The notes under the pieces are model-generated. The model ran no database searches. It was not told where the DNA came from and saw only the letters and a list, made by a program, of their open reading frames with translations. Positions 1-8,487 of a stretch of 32,000 bases of DNA are shown here, one piece after another; position 1 is the stretch's first letter, and every line of letters begins with the position of its first letter. Location of the stretch: NCBI RefSeq assembly GCF_034119765.1, contig NZ_CP139339.1. One strand, given 5' to 3'. Source of the stretch: Escherichia coli. GTDB taxonomy: Bacteria > Pseudomonadota > Gammaproteobacteria > Enterobacterales > Enterobacteriaceae. The position numbers and the translations under genes were made by a program.

Positions 1-80
1 GCGGCAACATCTGTCGCTGTGGTGCATACGCTAACATCCTTGCCGCCATTGAAGATGCTGCGGGGGAGATAAAATCATGA
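1..80 (+). CDS. paoA: C-terminal end of the aldehyde oxidoreductase 2Fe-2S subunit (partial, starts outside window)
   Basis: Reading frame [25 protein letters not shown] with the CRCG [2Fe-2S] motif. Its TGA overlaps the ATG of the next gene. Confidence 0.85.
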   Translation, partial: GNICRCGAYANILAAIEDAAGEIKS

Positions 81-1033
81 AGGCGTTTACCTATGAACGA
101 GTGAATACCCCAGCCGAGGCGGCACTTAGCGCTCAGCGCGTACCCGGCGCAAAATTTATCGCGGGCGGGACCAATCTGCTGGACCTGATGAAGCTGGAAA
201 TTGAAACGCCCACCCACCTTATCGATGTGAACGGCCTCGGGCTCGATAAGATTGAAGTGACCGACGCGGGTGGGCTGCGCATCGGCGCACTGGTACGGAA
301 CACCGACCTGGCGGCTCACGAGCGCGTGCGTCGTGATTACGCGGTACTCTCCCGCGCCCTGCTCGCTGGCGCGTCTGGTCAGTTACGTAATCAGGCAACC
401 ACCGCAGGTAATCTGCTCCAGCGCACGCGCTGCCCCTATTTTTACGACACCAATCAGCCCTGCAATAAGCGCCTGCCCGGGAGCGGCTGCGCGGCGCTTG
501 AAGGCTTTAGCCGTCAGCACGCGGTGGTAGGCGTAAGCGAAGCCTGCATTGCCACCCATCCGAGCGATATGGCGGTCGCAATGCGGTTGCTGGATGCGGT
601 GGTGGAAACCATCACGCCGGAGGGAAAGACTCGCAGTATCACACTGGCTGATTTTTATCACCCACCGGGGAAAACGCCGCACATTGAAACCGCCCTGCTT
701 CCCGGTGAGCTTATCGTTGCGGTGACGTTACCTCCGCCGCTCGGCGGAAAACATATCTACCGTAAGGTGCGCGATCGCGCCTCCTACGCCTTTGCCCTGG
801 TATCGGTCGCGGCGATTATTCAGCCTGACGGCAGCGGGCGCGTCGCGCTGGGCGGAGTAGCACATAAGCCCTGGCGCATTGAGGCTGCGGATGCTCAGCT
901 ATCCCAGGGGGCGCAGGCCGTATATGACGCGCTGTTCGCCAGCGCCCATCCCACCGCTGAAAACACCTTTAAACTCCTGTTGGCGAAGCGAACGCTTGCC
1001 TCCGTACTGGCTGAAGCGAGGGCACAAGCATGA
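77..1033 (+). CDS. paoB: Molybdenum-containing aldehyde oxidoreductase FAD-binding subunit
   Basis: 318 aa ORF. Xanthine-dehydrogenase FAD-subunit features ([30 protein letters not shown]). Operon order matches paoABCD. Confidence 0.93.
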   Translation: MKAFTYERVNTPAEAALSAQRVPGAKFIAGGTNLLDLMKLEIETPTHLIDVNGLGLDKIEVTDAGGLRIGALVRNTDLAAHERVRRDYAVLSRALLAGASGQLRNQATTAGNLLQRTRCPYFYDTNQPCNKRLPGSGCAALEGFSRQHAVVGVSEACIATHPSDMAVAMRLLDAVVETITPEGKTRSITLADFYHPPGKTPHIETALLPGELIVAVTLPPPLGGKHIYRKVRDRASYAFALVSVAAIIQPDGSGRVALGGVAHKPWRIEAADAQLSQGAQAVYDALFASAHPTAENTFKLLLAKRTLASVLAEARAQA

Positions 1034-3228
1034 AATTTGATAAACCCGCAGGGGAAAACCCGATCGATCAGCTGAAGGTTGTCGGTCGTCCCCATGACCG
1101 CATCGACGGACCGCTGAAAACTACCGGCACGGCACGCTACGCCTACGAATGGCATGAAGAAGCCCCCAACGCCGCCTATGGCTATATCGTCGGTTCCGCC
1201 ATGGCCAAAGGACGCCTCACCGCCCTTGATACGGACGCCGCGCAAAAAGCGCCGGGCGTACTGGCTGTCATTACCGCCAGTAACGCCGGGGCACTCGGCA
1301 AAGGCGACAAAAACACCGCCAGGCTGTTAGGCGGTCCCACTATTGAGCACTATCATCAGGCCATTGCGCTGGTAGTGGCCGAGACCTTCGAACAGGCGCG
1401 AGCGGCGGCCTCGCTGGTGCAGGCGCACTATCGCCGTAATAAAGGAGCTTACTCCCTGGCGGACGAAAAACAGGCCGTCAGTCAGCCGCCGGAAGACACG
1501 CCCGACAAAAACGTCGGTGACTTTGACGGAGCTTTCACCTCCGCTGCGGTGAAGATTGATGCTACCTACACGACCCCGGACCAGAGCCATATGGCGATGG
1601 AGCCGCATGCCTCGATGGCCGTCTGGGATGGAAATAAGCTTACTCTCTGGACCTCAAATCAGATGATTGACTGGTGCCGCACCGATCTGGCAAAAACGCT
1701 AAAAGTGCCCGTGGAGAATGTGCGTATTATCTCCCCGTATATCGGCGGAGGGTTTGGCGGCAAGCTGTTCCTGAGAAGCGATGCGCTGCTGGCGGCCCTC
1801 GCCGCCCGAGCGGTGAAACGTCCGGTTAAAGTGATGCTCCCCCGCCCCACTATTCCCAATAACACCACGCACCGCCCCGCCACCCTTCAGCACCTGCGTA
1901 TCGGTGCCGACCAGAGCGGGAAAATCACAGCTATCTCACATGAAAGCTGGTCCGGAAACCTGCCCGGCGGCACGCCGGAAACGGCGGTACAGCAAAGCGA
2001 ATTACTCTACGCCGGGGCAAACCGTCATACCGGCCTGCGGCTCGCCACGCTTGATTTGCCGGAAGGGAACGCCATGCGTGCGCCCGGCGAAGCCCCCGGT
2101 CTGATGGCGCTCGAAATCGCGATCGACGAACTGGCGGAAAAAGCGGGCATCGATCCCGTCGAGTTTCGCATCCTGAATGACACTCAGGTTGACCCCGCCG
2201 ACCCGACGCGCCGCTTCTCTCGCCGTCAGCTTATCGAGTGCTTGCGCACCGGAGCGGATAAATTTGGCTGGAAGCAGCGCAACGCCACACCCGGACAGGT
2301 ACGCGACGGAGAGTGGCTAGTCGGCCACGGCGTCGCGGCGGGCTTTCGCAATAATCTGCTGGAAAAATCGGGGGCTCGGGTTCACCTCGAACAAAACGGC
2401 ACCGTTACCGTGGAAACGGACATGACCGACATTGGCACCGGCAGCTACACCATTCTGGCCCAGACGGCGGCGGAAATGCTTGGCGTACCGCTGGAGCAGG
2501 TTGCGGTTCACCTTGGCGACTCCAGTTTCCCGGTTTCTGCGGGTTCTGGCGGACAATGGGGCGCGAATACCTCCACCTCCGGCGTTTACGCCGCCTGTGT
2601 GAAGCTTCGCGAAATGATTGCCTCGGCAGTCGGGTTTGATCCTGAGCAGTCGCAGTTTGCCGACGGCAAGATTACCAACGGTACCCGAAGCGCCACGCTA
2701 CATGAGGCCACCGCAGGCGGCAGACTGACAGCGGAAGAGAGCATTGAATTCGGAACACTGAGCAAGGAGTACCAGCAGTCGACCTTTGCCGGGCATTTTG
2801 TGGAGGTCGGCGTGCATAGCGCGACGGGAGAAGTTCGGGTCCGGCATATGCTCGCTGTGTGTGCTGCAGGACGCATCCTGAATCCGAAAACTGCACGCAG
2901 CCAGGTCATTGGCGCAATGACTATGGGCATGGGCGCGGCACTGATGGAGGAGCTGGCGGTGGATGACCGTTTGGGCTACTTCGTTAATCACGATATGGCG
3001 GGGTATGAGGTGCCGGTCCATGCGGATATCCCAAAACAGGAGGTGATTTTCCTGGATGATACCGACCCCATATCCTCCCCGATGAAGGCCAAAGGTGTCG
3101 GTGAGCTGGGCCTGTGCGGCGTGAGCGCTGCTATCGCCAACGCGGTGTATAACGCCACCGGTATTCGGGTACGCGATTATCCCATCACTCTGGATAAGCT
3201 GCTCGATAAGCTGCCGGATGTGGTTTAA
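1030..3228 (+). CDS. paoC: Aldehyde oxidoreductase molybdenum-binding subunit
   Basis: 732 aa ORF with molybdopterin-subunit motifs ([30 protein letters not shown]). 4-bp overlap with paoB. Confidence 0.93.
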   Translation: MKFDKPAGENPIDQLKVVGRPHDRIDGPLKTTGTARYAYEWHEEAPNAAYGYIVGSAMAKGRLTALDTDAAQKAPGVLAVITASNAGALGKGDKNTARLLGGPTIEHYHQAIALVVAETFEQARAAASLVQAHYRRNKGAYSLADEKQAVSQPPEDTPDKNVGDFDGAFTSAAVKIDATYTTPDQSHMAMEPHASMAVWDGNKLTLWTSNQMIDWCRTDLAKTLKVPVENVRIISPYIGGGFGGKLFLRSDALLAALAARAVKRPVKVMLPRPTIPNNTTHRPATLQHLRIGADQSGKITAISHESWSGNLPGGTPETAVQQSELLYAGANRHTGLRLATLDLPEGNAMRAPGEAPGLMALEIAIDELAEKAGIDPVEFRILNDTQVDPADPTRRFSRRQLIECLRTGADKFGWKQRNATPGQVRDGEWLVGHGVAAGFRNNLLEKSGARVHLEQNGTVTVETDMTDIGTGSYTILAQTAAEMLGVPLEQVAVHLGDSSFPVSAGSGGQWGANTSTSGVYAACVKLREMIASAVGFDPEQSQFADGKITNGTRSATLHEATAGGRLTAEESIEFGTLSKEYQQSTFAGHFVEVGVHSATGEVRVRHMLAVCAAGRILNPKTARSQVIGAMTMGMGAALMEELAVDDRLGYFVNHDMAGYEVPVHADIPKQEVIFLDDTDPISSPMKAKGVGELGLCGVSAAIANAVYNATGIRVRDYPITLDKLLDKLPDVV

Positions 3229-3237
3229 GGAGGAACA

Positions 3238-4194
3238 ATGTCATACCCGCTTTTTGATAAAGACGAACACTGGCATAAGCCAGAGCAGGCGTTTCTCACC
3301 GATGACCACCGGACCATTCTGCGCTTCGCCGTAGAGGCGCTAATGTCCGGTAAAGGAGCGGTGCTGGTGACGCTGGTGGAGATACGCGGCGGCGCGGCGC
3401 GCCCGCTCGGGGCGCAGATGGTGGTGCGCGAAGATGGTCGTTACTGCGGTTTTGTCTCTGGCGGCTGCGTGGAGGCCGCTGCCGCTTTTGAAGCGCTGGA
3501 GATGATGGGCTCAGGCTGCGATCGCGAAATTCGCTATGGCGAAGGTTCGCCGTGGTTTGACATCGTTCTGCCCTGCGGCGGTGGGATCACGCTGACGCTC
3601 CATAAACTACGCTCGGCACAGCCTCTGCTCGCCGTGCTGAACCGCCTGGAACAGAGAAAACCGGCGGGGCTGCGCTACGATCCGCAAGCACAATCGTTGG
3701 TGTGCCTGCCCACGAAAACCCGAACGGGCTGGAATCTCAATGGCTTTGAGGTGGGGTTCAGGCCATGCGTCAGGCTGATGATTTACGGACGTTCTCTTGA
3801 GGCGCAGGCAACCGCGAGTCTTGCAGCAGCCACAGGCTATGACAGCCATATCTTCGATCTTTTTCCGGCCTCAGCCAGCGCTCAGATCGATACCGATACG
3901 GCGGTCATTTTGCTGTGCCATGATCTCAACCGGGAGCTGCCAGTGTTGCAGGCCGCGCGAGAAGCAAAACCCTTTTATCTCGGCGCATTGGGCAGCTATC
4001 GAACCCACACGTTACGTCTGCAAAAGCTCCACGAGCTGGGATGGTCCAGGGAGGAAACAACGCAAATCCGGGCACCCGTCGGGATATTCCCCAAAGCCCG
4101 GGATGCGCATACTCTGGCACTCTCCGTGCTGGCAGAAGTCGCCTCTGTACGTCTCCATCAGGAGGAGGATTCATGCCTGCCCCCGTCGTCCTGA
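3238..4194 (+). CDS. paoD: XdhC/CoxF-family molybdenum cofactor insertion chaperone
   Basis: 318 aa ORF directly after paoC, with XdhC-like motifs (GAVLVTLVEIRGG, GGCVEAA, YLGALGSYRTH). Confidence 0.9.
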   Translation: MSYPLFDKDEHWHKPEQAFLTDDHRTILRFAVEALMSGKGAVLVTLVEIRGGAARPLGAQMVVREDGRYCGFVSGGCVEAAAAFEALEMMGSGCDREIRYGEGSPWFDIVLPCGGGITLTLHKLRSAQPLLAVLNRLEQRKPAGLRYDPQAQSLVCLPTKTRTGWNLNGFEVGFRPCVRLMIYGRSLEAQATASLAAATGYDSHIFDLFPASASAQIDTDTAVILLCHDLNRELPVLQAAREAKPFYLGALGSYRTHTLRLQKLHELGWSREETTQIRAPVGIFPKARDAHTLALSVLAEVASVRLHQEEDSCLPPSS

Positions 4195-4583
4195 TCCTTG
4201 CGGCCGGGCGTGGAGAGCGCTTTCTCGCCTCCGGGGGAAATACCCATAAGTGTATCGGCTGGCGTCAGTCCCCGGAGGTTGCGCCTTATCGCTGGCCATT
4301 TGAAGAAAACGGGAGAACTTTCGACCTTGCGATTGAACCGCAGATTACGACTAATGATCTGCGTCTGATGTTGAGGCTGGCTCTTGCCGGCGGAGGAATA
4401 ACAATTGCCACTCAGGAAACTTTCAGGCCATATATTGAAAGCGGTAAGCTTGTATCGCTGCTTGATGACTTTCTTCCACAATTTCCGGGCTTCTATCTGT
4501 ATTTCCCACAGCGTCGCAATATTGCACCAAAGCTCCGCGCCCTGATTGACTACGTCAAAGAATGGCGGCAGCAATTGGCTTAA
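4173..4583 (+). pseudogene. yagP: Chimeric remnant: start of a MobA-like nucleotidyltransferase fused to a LysR-type regulator C-terminus (yagP-like, 136 aa)
   Basis: The frame begins MPAPVVLILAAGRGERFLASGG, the nucleotide-binding motif of MobA-like transferases. It switches at about 4235 to RTFDLAIEPQITTNDLRLMLRLALAGGGITIATQETFRPYIESGKLV, a LysR substrate domain. Confidence 0.75.
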
Positions 4584-4707
4584 ATGTCTGCACCTGCACT
4601 GCCTGATGTCAGAACAGTATTTTGATGAATTGCCAAGGTTACAATGGCACAAATACGGCACAGGAGGAAACGTGGTGTATTTAAATATGGGGTAACTACT
4701 TGATTTA

Positions 4708-4725
4708 AATGGTGCGATAATAGGA
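4708..4725. repeat. Distal att site (element end away from int)
   Basis: AATGGTGCGATAATAGGA matches the thrW 3' end with one deleted C. Confidence 0.8.
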
Positions 4726-4785
4726 ACAATACACATAGGCGATAACCTTTGTTTTTGTTGCCTTTTTTATTGTTCATTTTTTATA

Positions 4786-4811
4786 GATACCCCCAAAAGT
4801 ACCCCCATATC
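4786..4811. promoter_or_regulatory. Candidate integrase/excisionase arm-type sites, left end
   Basis: GATACCCCCAAAAGTACCCCCATATC: two TACCCCC copies 12 bp apart. Near-identical to the pair at 16741-16761. Confidence 0.5.
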
Positions 4812-4926
4812 TTTTTCCGCCCCTGAAATTTGGTTGTTATTCATACAGCATATCAGGCGGTAACGCTCTCCCTTTAACCCACTTATTGTATGATAGTGCT
4901 ATCCCACAATAAGGAATCAGCCAGCC

Positions 4927-5286
4927 ATGAGAATGACCAGCCGCAAAAAAGAGATACTTAGCTACTTTGAACCGGATAACCTCGAATGGGTGACTGGTGA
5001 GATTGGTGCGCCGCCGTTCGATGTGTCGGGTGTGGCCTACCTGCTTCATGGCATGGTGTCGTTCGATAAGCGCCACCAGATCGAATCAACCCGGCGCACA
5101 CTGGAAAGCATGGTTGCTGGTGGACTGCTTGAGCGGGTGACAGTGTATGAGTCGCGCCAGATACGGCGCGGCGGTGAGACTAACGCAACGGTCGTGCGTT
5201 ACGGTTTACCCGGTCATTGTGCTGTTATGCGCGATACTGGCGGCGCTGATAACGCAATATCAGGTGAATACATGCGGGTCAGTTAA
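4927..5286 (+). CDS. Hypothetical protein, possible winged-helix (119 aa)
   Basis: ORF MRMTSRKKEILSYFEPDNLEWVTGEIG... preceded by AAGGAATCAGCC. It is the only convincing + strand gene in the element. Confidence 0.6.
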   Translation: MRMTSRKKEILSYFEPDNLEWVTGEIGAPPFDVSGVAYLLHGMVSFDKRHQIESTRRTLESMVAGGLLERVTVYESRQIRRGGETNATVVRYGLPGHCAVMRDTGGADNAISGEYMRVS

Positions 5287-5821
5287 TAGCCTGCAATCTG
5301 TCGTTGATGCGGCTCAGGTCGTAAACCCGGCGTTCAATATCCAGCATCAGGAAATTGTGGATCTCGGCCTGCTCAGGATTATCAGACTCTCTGGCCTGTA
5401 ATAGCAATTCATTGTAACCATGCAAGCCGCCTGAGTTTTCCGCCGGGGTGGTGCCTTTCCCACGCAGGCAGCTAATGGGCTGATTACTCGTATCGTGTGT
5501 TTGCTTCTCCAGCACAATGACGCAATCCCACCAGTCGCCAAAGTCATACGTGTAAACCAGCTTGTCCCCCTCATTCTGGAGCGCCGCCCATAGTGGCGTG
5601 ATTGCCGCGTTACCCATGCTTTCATCCTCACCCCATACGCGATACTCGCTACCTGGATCACCTTTACGCCCTTTCTCGAACATATACAGGTGTTCGTCAT
5701 TCCAGCCAAAAGCTAACTGGATCACGGCATGAAGTTTACTAAAGGGGATTTGCTCTGGAACCAGCACACGCCGCCATATAGGTGGTTTGCTGTCTCGGAT
5801 GGTTATCTTTAGCTGGTACAT
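5279..5821 (-). CDS. Plasmid pRiA4b ORF-3-like family protein
   Basis: 180 aa. YQLKITIRDSKPPIWRRVLVPEQIPFSKLHAVIQLAFGW...HLYMFEKG...YTYDFGDWWDCVIVLE matches the family's characteristic motifs. Confidence 0.85.
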   Translation of the reverse strand: MYQLKITIRDSKPPIWRRVLVPEQIPFSKLHAVIQLAFGWNDEHLYMFEKGRKGDPGSEYRVWGEDESMGNAAITPLWAALQNEGDKLVYTYDFGDWWDCVIVLEKQTHDTSNQPISCLRGKGTTPAENSGGLHGYNELLLQARESDNPEQAEIHNFLMLDIERRVYDLSRINDRLQAIN

Positions 5822-5941
5822 GCAAATCCTGAATAAATGCGAATCGGAAGGATAACGATACTGACGTACTCACAATTCTGTAAAGGTGAATAAAGGAAAT
5901 TTTCTTAATACGCATAAGTTACATGTGGAATAATCCCATAT

Positions 5942-6127
5942 CTACCTGCGCGGCGCTGGCTTCTTCCACTGGTAGGCAGGTGCTCGCATCATTTCGCGGA
6001 ACCTGTCGCGCCGGGCTATATCGGCATTAACTGAGCGTTCTATCTCCCGTTGATCTGCCTGTGTAAGCTGGTGGCCTCCGTGCTCAAGTTTGGCGATGGT
6101 CAATAAGGCTATTTCGCGTGGTGTCAT
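5942..6127 (-). CDS. Small hypothetical protein (61 aa)
   Basis: ORF MTPREIALLTIAKLEHGGHQLTQADQREIERS... is charged, amphipathic and in operon orientation. Confidence 0.5.
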   Translation of the reverse strand: MTPREIALLTIAKLEHGGHQLTQADQREIERSVNADIARRDRFREMMRAPAYQWKKPAPRR

Positions 6128-6405
6128 ACGTCATACCCTCTGGAAGGATGAAACACACCCGGATTAAATTTCATTTTTCGCGGGTATGAAAAAACGATGG
6201 GGCGGGCAGTCCCGGACAGTCAGGGCTGTAGAGATTTGACTACCCCCTCCCGGTGATAGTTTATTGCTTGATGTGGACGGCTTGCTATATTGGCGGCGAA
6301 TGCAAATTGTCGCAGAAGTCTATCCCGTTCTATGACGCCCTGTGTGGTTGTGGTGCGAATCGCCCGCGTCACGCCGTTGATTTTAGGCTGCGCTCGGAAC
6401 GAACA

Positions 6406-6756
6406 TCACGGCGCAGAAGTGTACCAACCGAATCTTGTTAACCCGGCATCGCAGCGCTCACGATTAAGCACACGTGGCGGGTTTTCTCTGGTCATCAACT
6501 CAAGCAAGGCATTGCCTCCCTGCGTCTCCAGTCGGTATTGCCTATCGGTAGTGGTAATGGCATCCGGCAATAACTTTATGGCGGCCTGGCTAAAGTCTCG
6601 CGGTGCGCCGTAAAATTGCGCATCAACAATATGAACCACATCGCCGTTAATCGTTGTCCGATAACGGTCTGGCTGTATGGTAAAGCCCCCACAATGGATA
6701 GCAGATAGTGCCGGTGCCGATGAGATCAGGACGGCTGCCAGAATGTATGGCTTCAT
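6406..6756 (-). CDS. Hypothetical secreted/periplasmic protein (116 aa)
   Basis: N-terminus MKPYILAAVLISSAPALSA-IHC resembles a Sec signal peptide. The ATG overlaps the stop of the upstream HEAGH gene. Confidence 0.65.
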   Translation of the reverse strand: MKPYILAAVLISSAPALSAIHCGGFTIQPDRYRTTINGDVVHIVDAQFYGAPRDFSQAAIKLLPDAITTTDRQYRLETQGGNALLELMTRENPPRVLNRERCDAGLTRFGWYTSAP

Positions 6757-7397
6757 TCTTCACCCACCAATTCATCCAGTTCAGCCAGCGTCATAGGCTT
6801 TGGTACAGGCTTGTCAATATCACCCATAATGCGCTGGAAGTTTCTGGCAGGCATATGGTTACGGTTCTCCAGTATTTTCGCCAGCGCGATAACATCCCAC
6901 CATTTCAGGGCAATCAGCGCCTCAGCACGGGAAAGGGATATTCTCTGTATATCAGCATCCTCTCCACCAGCCACCCGGTATACCTCTGATAAATCACGAA
7001 CATTTTTCATGTCTGCTTTCCCGGACGTTTCCATCAGTGCGTTAATATCATCCCCCGTATAGCGTGATTGCGCGACGATACCAGCTAGAGAGATAACCAT
7101 ATCCCGGCATACCTGGTCTATCAGACGTAACCTGGTGTCATCATTCGAGAGGGTGTAAGACTTAACCTCAGCCACATTCCGTGGATAGTTGCCGTGCTGC
7201 CATACCGCTACAGCTCCACATTCATCAACATCTCCTCTAAGGTAGGTTTTTGCCACTCGGTTATTACCCGATAACGCAATTTCTACCTCCTGTATGCCGA
7301 AAAACCATGCGGCTATCGCATGACCTGCTTCATGTATTGCAAGATGTCTGGGCCAGCGATAGCTGCCGAACTCAATAATGATGGGTTGCGTACTCAT
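6753..7397 (-). CDS. Zinc-metallopeptidase-like protein with a HEAGHA motif (M41/FtsH-peptidase-like, no AAA domain)
   Basis: ORF starting MSTQPIIIEFGSYRWPRHLAIHEAGHAIAAWFFG. A downstream DMVISLAGIVAQ segment resembles the M41 helix. The start at 7397 avoids overlap with ssb and has an AGGGAAG ribosome-binding site. Confidence 0.65.
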   Translation of the reverse strand: MSTQPIIIEFGSYRWPRHLAIHEAGHAIAAWFFGIQEVEIALSGNNRVAKTYLRGDVDECGAVAVWQHGNYPRNVAEVKSYTLSNDDTRLRLIDQVCRDMVISLAGIVAQSRYTGDDINALMETSGKADMKNVRDLSEVYRVAGGEDADIQRISLSRAEALIALKWWDVIALAKILENRNHMPARNFQRIMGDIDKPVPKPMTLAELDELVGEE

Positions 7398-7407
7398 ATC
7401 TTCCCTC

Positions 7408-7869
7408 TCAGAATGGCGTTTCATCGTCGAATGGTGGGCGTTGGTCAAAATCATCAGGGGTATTATATAACTCCCATCCCGGCGCGGATTGTGTTGTGTG
7501 GCCCCTGCTGGCTCCGCTTGCTTTGACTGATTCGGCCCGCTTCCCGCCGGGGCGTACCGTTCTGGCGCTGATCACGCTGTCGGCTACTACCTGATAACCT
7601 TGCTGTGTACCGCCATCCTTGCCCGTCCACTGATTGATCTGCATCGCTCCGGCAACACTGACTAAATCGCCTTTAACGTGTCCTGCCAGTGCGTCGGCCT
7701 GTTTGCCGAATGCCACCACGCCCAGCCAGAAAGTAACCTCTCCGCCCTCTGCTGCATGGCAGGGCAGTGCCACCGCTAACCGTCCCATTGCCATGCTTGT
7801 ACCGTTTGCTGTGGTACGGGTCTGGGGATCTGCCACCAGCCGCCCGTATGCTGAAATTTGTGCTGTCAT
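7408..7869 (-). CDS. Single-stranded DNA-binding protein
   Basis: 153 aa. OB-fold SSB motifs (SAYGRLVADPQTRTTANGTSMAMGRLAV, FWLGVVAFGKQADALAGHVKGDLVSVAGAMQINQW) and an acidic C-terminal tail PPFDDETPF. Confidence 0.9.
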   Translation of the reverse strand: MTAQISAYGRLVADPQTRTTANGTSMAMGRLAVALPCHAAEGGEVTFWLGVVAFGKQADALAGHVKGDLVSVAGAMQINQWTGKDGGTQQGYQVVADSVISARTVRPGGKRAESVKASGASRGHTTQSAPGWELYNTPDDFDQRPPFDDETPF

Positions 7870-8168
7870 AGATATTTCCTCATGTAGTCACTACCTCCGG
7901 GGATAATTTTCATTTCTTCCCTTAAAGGCCACTGCTCCGCCATTGCTGCGGTCGAGTGATTCCCGTCATCACGTCCGGCCTGTGCTGCCGTCCAGTGTGT
8001 TGCATATTCTGTAAATCCAATTTCTGCTGGCTGCCTCATCCAGTGGGCGATCATCCTCAAGGTCATTTGCAGGCTTTGGGTGTCGCCCTGTAATGCGCGT
8101 TTGTCAGTAAACCCCTTCAATGCTTCACGCTCCTGATAGGTCATTTTCTGGCTGGTTTCTGTATTCAT
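7866..8168 (-). CDS. Hypothetical protein (100 aa)
   Basis: ORF with 4-bp overlap to ssb, same strand. Confidence 0.6.
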   Translation of the reverse strand: MNTETSQKMTYQEREALKGFTDKRALQGDTQSLQMTLRMIAHWMRQPAEIGFTEYATHWTAAQAGRDDGNHSTAAMAEQWPLREEMKIIPGGSDYMRKYL

Positions 8169-8221
8169 TGCCCACCTTCGTTATAAGCTACCCCCCCCAT
8201 AGAATCTTTTTGGGGGTGTAA

Positions 8222-8466
8222 TATCCCTACCAATCCCTACTAACTGGCTCAGGCCACGAATGGCAAGGCTTTCAGACTGGTAGGCATTCAATTTTGTTGC
8301 CCTACATAACCCTACTTATCCCTACTAAATCACTTCAACGGCATTTTGCTGCCTGTTTTATTTGGTAGGGATATGTAGGGATAAGTAGGGATAAAAATAT
8401 ATATCCCTACCTAGTTTAAAGCCTTGCTACGTCTGGCCTCGTCTCGTTTTTAGTAGGGCAGTAGGG
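8222..8466. promoter_or_regulatory. Candidate replication origin / iteron field
   Basis: 11 copies of CCCTAC/GTAGGG. Triplets at 8300/8310/8320 (CCCTAC) and 8365/8375/8385 (GTAGGG) at exact 10-bp spacing, opposed. The field lies between the SSB-operon start and the primase-helicase stop. Confidence 0.6.
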
Positions 8467-8487
8467 ATAAGTGCCGCCGTAAAAGTT

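Noticed and set aside
1327-2930. Several 60-115 aa ORFs antisense to paoC
   Set aside because: They overlap a well-supported 732-aa gene and show no family features. They are shadow ORFs of high-GC coding sequence.
4158-4736. 192-aa minus-strand ORF over the yagP remnant and left att site
   Set aside because: No recognisable domain, and it overlaps the LysR-like remnant and crosses the element boundary. Likely chance.
8222-8466. Possible CRISPR-like array from regularly repeated hexamers
   Set aside because: The repeats are 6-9 bp with 10-bp phasing and no unique spacers, which fits iterons, not CRISPR.
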